In this document: positions 62,400 to 64,000 of the stretch, one piece after another
How positions within the stretch are numbered: the stretch's first letter is position 1
Layout of the letters: the number at the start of each line of letters is the position of its first letter
Origin: Victivallales bacterium
Lineage (GTDB): Bacteria > Verrucomicrobiota > Lentisphaeria > Oligosphaerales > Oligosphaeraceae
Length of the DNA stretch: 64,000 bases
Direction of reading: 5' to 3'
Assembly: GCA_017535315.1 (NCBI GenBank)
Contig: JAFXUD010000030.1
Location: 14,307-78,306, forward strand
Position numbers and translations under genes: made by a program
Notes under the pieces: generated by a model
The model's input: the letters and a program-made list of their open reading frames with translations, nothing else
Databases searched by the model: none
What the model was told of the DNA's origin: nothing

Positions 62400-64000
62400 T
62401 CAGTTCAGCATGACCTGTCCACCAGTGACAGGGATGGCCTGTCCTGTTTCATACTCCTGCTCAACACAGTAGATAATGGCCTTTGCCACGTCGGGCGGCA
62501 GACAACCGCGGCGCATCGGAACCTTGTTCATGTAGAAGCGTCTCACATCCTCCACGCAGGTGGCACCAGGCACCTTGCCCGCGTTCAGATACTGTACGAA
62601 AAGCCCCTTGACAGGATCGCTCCACAGCGGCCCATCCAAATAGTTGCCAGGGCAGACACTGTTGACCTTGATGTTATGTGCGACCAGCTCTTTTGCAAAG
62701 CTCTGTGTCAGACCGATGGTACCGAACTTGGAGCCAGCGTACGCGCCGTTTTTGTCGGAACCTTCCAGTCCGCTCTTGGAGTTGACCTGAACAATATCAG
62801 ACCAGAGGCCCTTGCCATCGACAATCTGTTTCGCCATGACCCTGGAGGCGTACTTGCAGCAGAGGAAATAGCCCGTGTAGTTGATGTTGGTGACAAAATC
62901 CCAGGTCTTCTTCTCCATCTCCATGACGGAGCCTGCCTTCGCAACTCCCGCATTTGCCACAAAGAGGTCTATGCCGCCGCATTTGCGGGTAATGGCGGTC
63001 ATCATGGCTGCAACGGACGCCTCGTCTGCGATATTGACCTCGACGGCGAAGGCCCTGTCCTGTCCATACTTGGCGTTCAGACCATCAGCAGCGGCCTGCG
63101 CACCTGCCAGGTTCATGTCGGCGATGACCAGAATGCCACCATTTGCTGCCAGGTATTCGGCAATGCCAAGGCCAAAGCCCTGGGCACCGCCCGTCACAAC
63201 GCAGATTCTGTTGTTCAAACGTCCTTGGGCACCAGCCAGACTGACCTTGCTGCGGTAGGATTCCACCTCCCAGTTTTCAATAAAGCCGTAGCTCTTGGTG
63301 GACAGGTACTTCGGCCCCCCAAACGCAGTGGAGAGTTTCTCGACCAGCAAAGCATTCTTGAGAGCTGTGGCAGCGGCATTGGCGGATTTCAAAGTGTCGC
63401 CAACGGCAAAAACACCCTTGCCTGAAACTTCAACGACTTTTGGCAGATAACCCTTCTCTGTCTTGAACGCGGCAAAGCCCTCTGCAGTCGCCTCACCTGC
63501 ATATGCGAAGGATTTGGCATAGACAATGTGGTCGGGCGTCAAAGGACCTGCAAATGCCTTGCCCACGCCGATTGCGGCCACAACCGCACGGGATTTCTCG
63601 TCCGCAGCCAAAAGTGTGCGCAGCTTGGGAGCAAGTTCCAGAAGCTCCTCTTCGGCAATCTGAGGCAGTTCAACCTCTTCGGAAAGAACTCCAGCCTCTT
63701 TGTAGCAGGTCGACAACTTTTCGATAATCTCCGCATAGATGGCTTCAATCTCCTCGCCTGTGTCAGCGCCCACGAAGACGCCGTGGTTTTCAAGGAAGAA
63801 AACATGGGGTTGTGCGCCCTTGGCAGCCTTGTATTCATCAAGTGCAGCCTTCACTGTCAAGGCCAATGTGATGCCAGGATCGCAGTAGTCCAGCCAGAGC
63901 GCATCGGGGAAGAGTTTTGCGCAGGCTTCTTTTCCCTGTTTTGCACAGGTCATGCCATTGATGTATGCGGGGTGCAGATGTACAACGTAAGTCCAGTCAA
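62400..64000 (-). CDS. Bifunctional class II aldolase / short-chain dehydrogenase (rhamnulose-1-phosphate aldolase/SDR, RhaD/YuxG-type), partial
   Basis: The SDR part has VVTGGAQGFG and YAGSKFG. The frame stays open upstream of the track ATG to the window edge (...DWTYVVHLHPAYINGMTCAKQ, a class II aldolase-like HxH), so the N-terminus lies outside the window. Confidence 0.75.
   Translation of the reverse strand, partial: DWTYVVHLHPAYINGMTCAKQGKEACAKLFPDALWLDYCDPGITLALTVKAALDEYKAAKGAQPHVFFLENHGVFVGADTGEEIEAIYAEIIEKLSTCYKEAGVLSEEVELPQIAEEELLELAPKLRTLLAADEKSRAVVAAIGVGKAFAGPLTPDHIVYAKSFAYAGEATAEGFAAFKTEKGYLPKVVEVSGKGVFAVGDTLKSANAAATALKNALLVEKLSTAFGGPKYLSTKSYGFIENWEVESYRSKVSLAGAQGRLNNRICVVTGGAQGFGLGIAEYLAANGGILVIADMNLAGAQAAADGLNAKYGQDRAFAVEVNIADEASVAAMMTAITRKCGGIDLFVANAGVAKAGSVMEMEKKTWDFVTNINYTGYFLCCKYASRVMAKQIVDGKGLWSDIVQVNSKSGLEGSDKNGAYAGSKFGTIGLTQSFAKELVAHNIKVNSVCPGNYLDGPLWSDPVKGLFVQYLNAGKVPGATCVEDVRRFYMNKVPMRRGCLPPDVAKAIIYCVEQEYETGQAIPVTGGQVMLN

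Overview
The window is a 64-kb chromosomal segment from a diderm bacterium, shown by a complete Kdo/Lpt lipopolysaccharide gene block and by murF. Gene content includes signal-less sulfatase, GH and PL genes, a GspG-like pseudo-pilin and a GH13-GH133 debranching fusion. This resembles PVC-type (Lentisphaerota/Kiritimatiellota-like) glycan degraders, but that is inference only. All calls were made by eye from the ORF track and my own translations; no searches were run.

Layout:
- 1-2375: MFS transporter followed by a cytoplasmic sulfatase, on the minus strand.
- 2476-5769: Asp23/AmaP-like stress pair and an HMGL-type synthase with an extra C-terminal sensor-like domain.
- 6310-7884: AAA-ATPase/PD-(D/E)XK gene.
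- 8189-12010: 1273-aa AIDA-repeat/RTX giant protein.
- 12348-23632: one long minus-strand block: proS, EEP, dual-FHA, sigma-70, TIM-barrel isomerase, kdsB, kdsA, kdsC, lptC, lptA, lptB, hpf, Gfo/Idh/MocA oxidoreductase.
- 23839-30562: glycogen module with a 1433-aa GH13+GH133 fusion, a stand-alone CBM48, a GT5 synthase and a small helical ORF.
- 30200-32860: low-GC islet of three orphan small genes, interleaved with tandem repeats, a ~530-bp AT-rich tract and a decayed MITE.
- 32861-41915: dxs, nagA, M19-like, TPR lipoprotein, an unannotated 29-aa bS22-like micro-ORF, rsmG and prfC.
- 42077-44818: hemolysin III and an RNase II-family gene.
- 44849-64000: glycan-utilisation cluster with two tandem heparinase II/III-like paralogs split by an intact MITE, GH42-like, GH78-like, CE15, ceramidase-like and RhaD-type aldolase/SDR genes, interrupted by rsmE, murF and a rhomboid gene.

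I saw no rRNA, tRNA or CRISPR array. The most unusual sequence-level signals are:
- a dispersed family of 9-bp-phased CTAG/TCTAGA and GAC microsatellites at six or more intergenic sites;
- a MITE family with 20-bp TIRs and an 8-bp TSD;
- a second palindromic element family, with a 156-bp copy and a 47-bp mini copy, sitting inside operons.

No single obvious novel system can be proven from sequence alone. The best candidates are the repeat-decorated low-GC islet and the eukaryote-like glycogen module.
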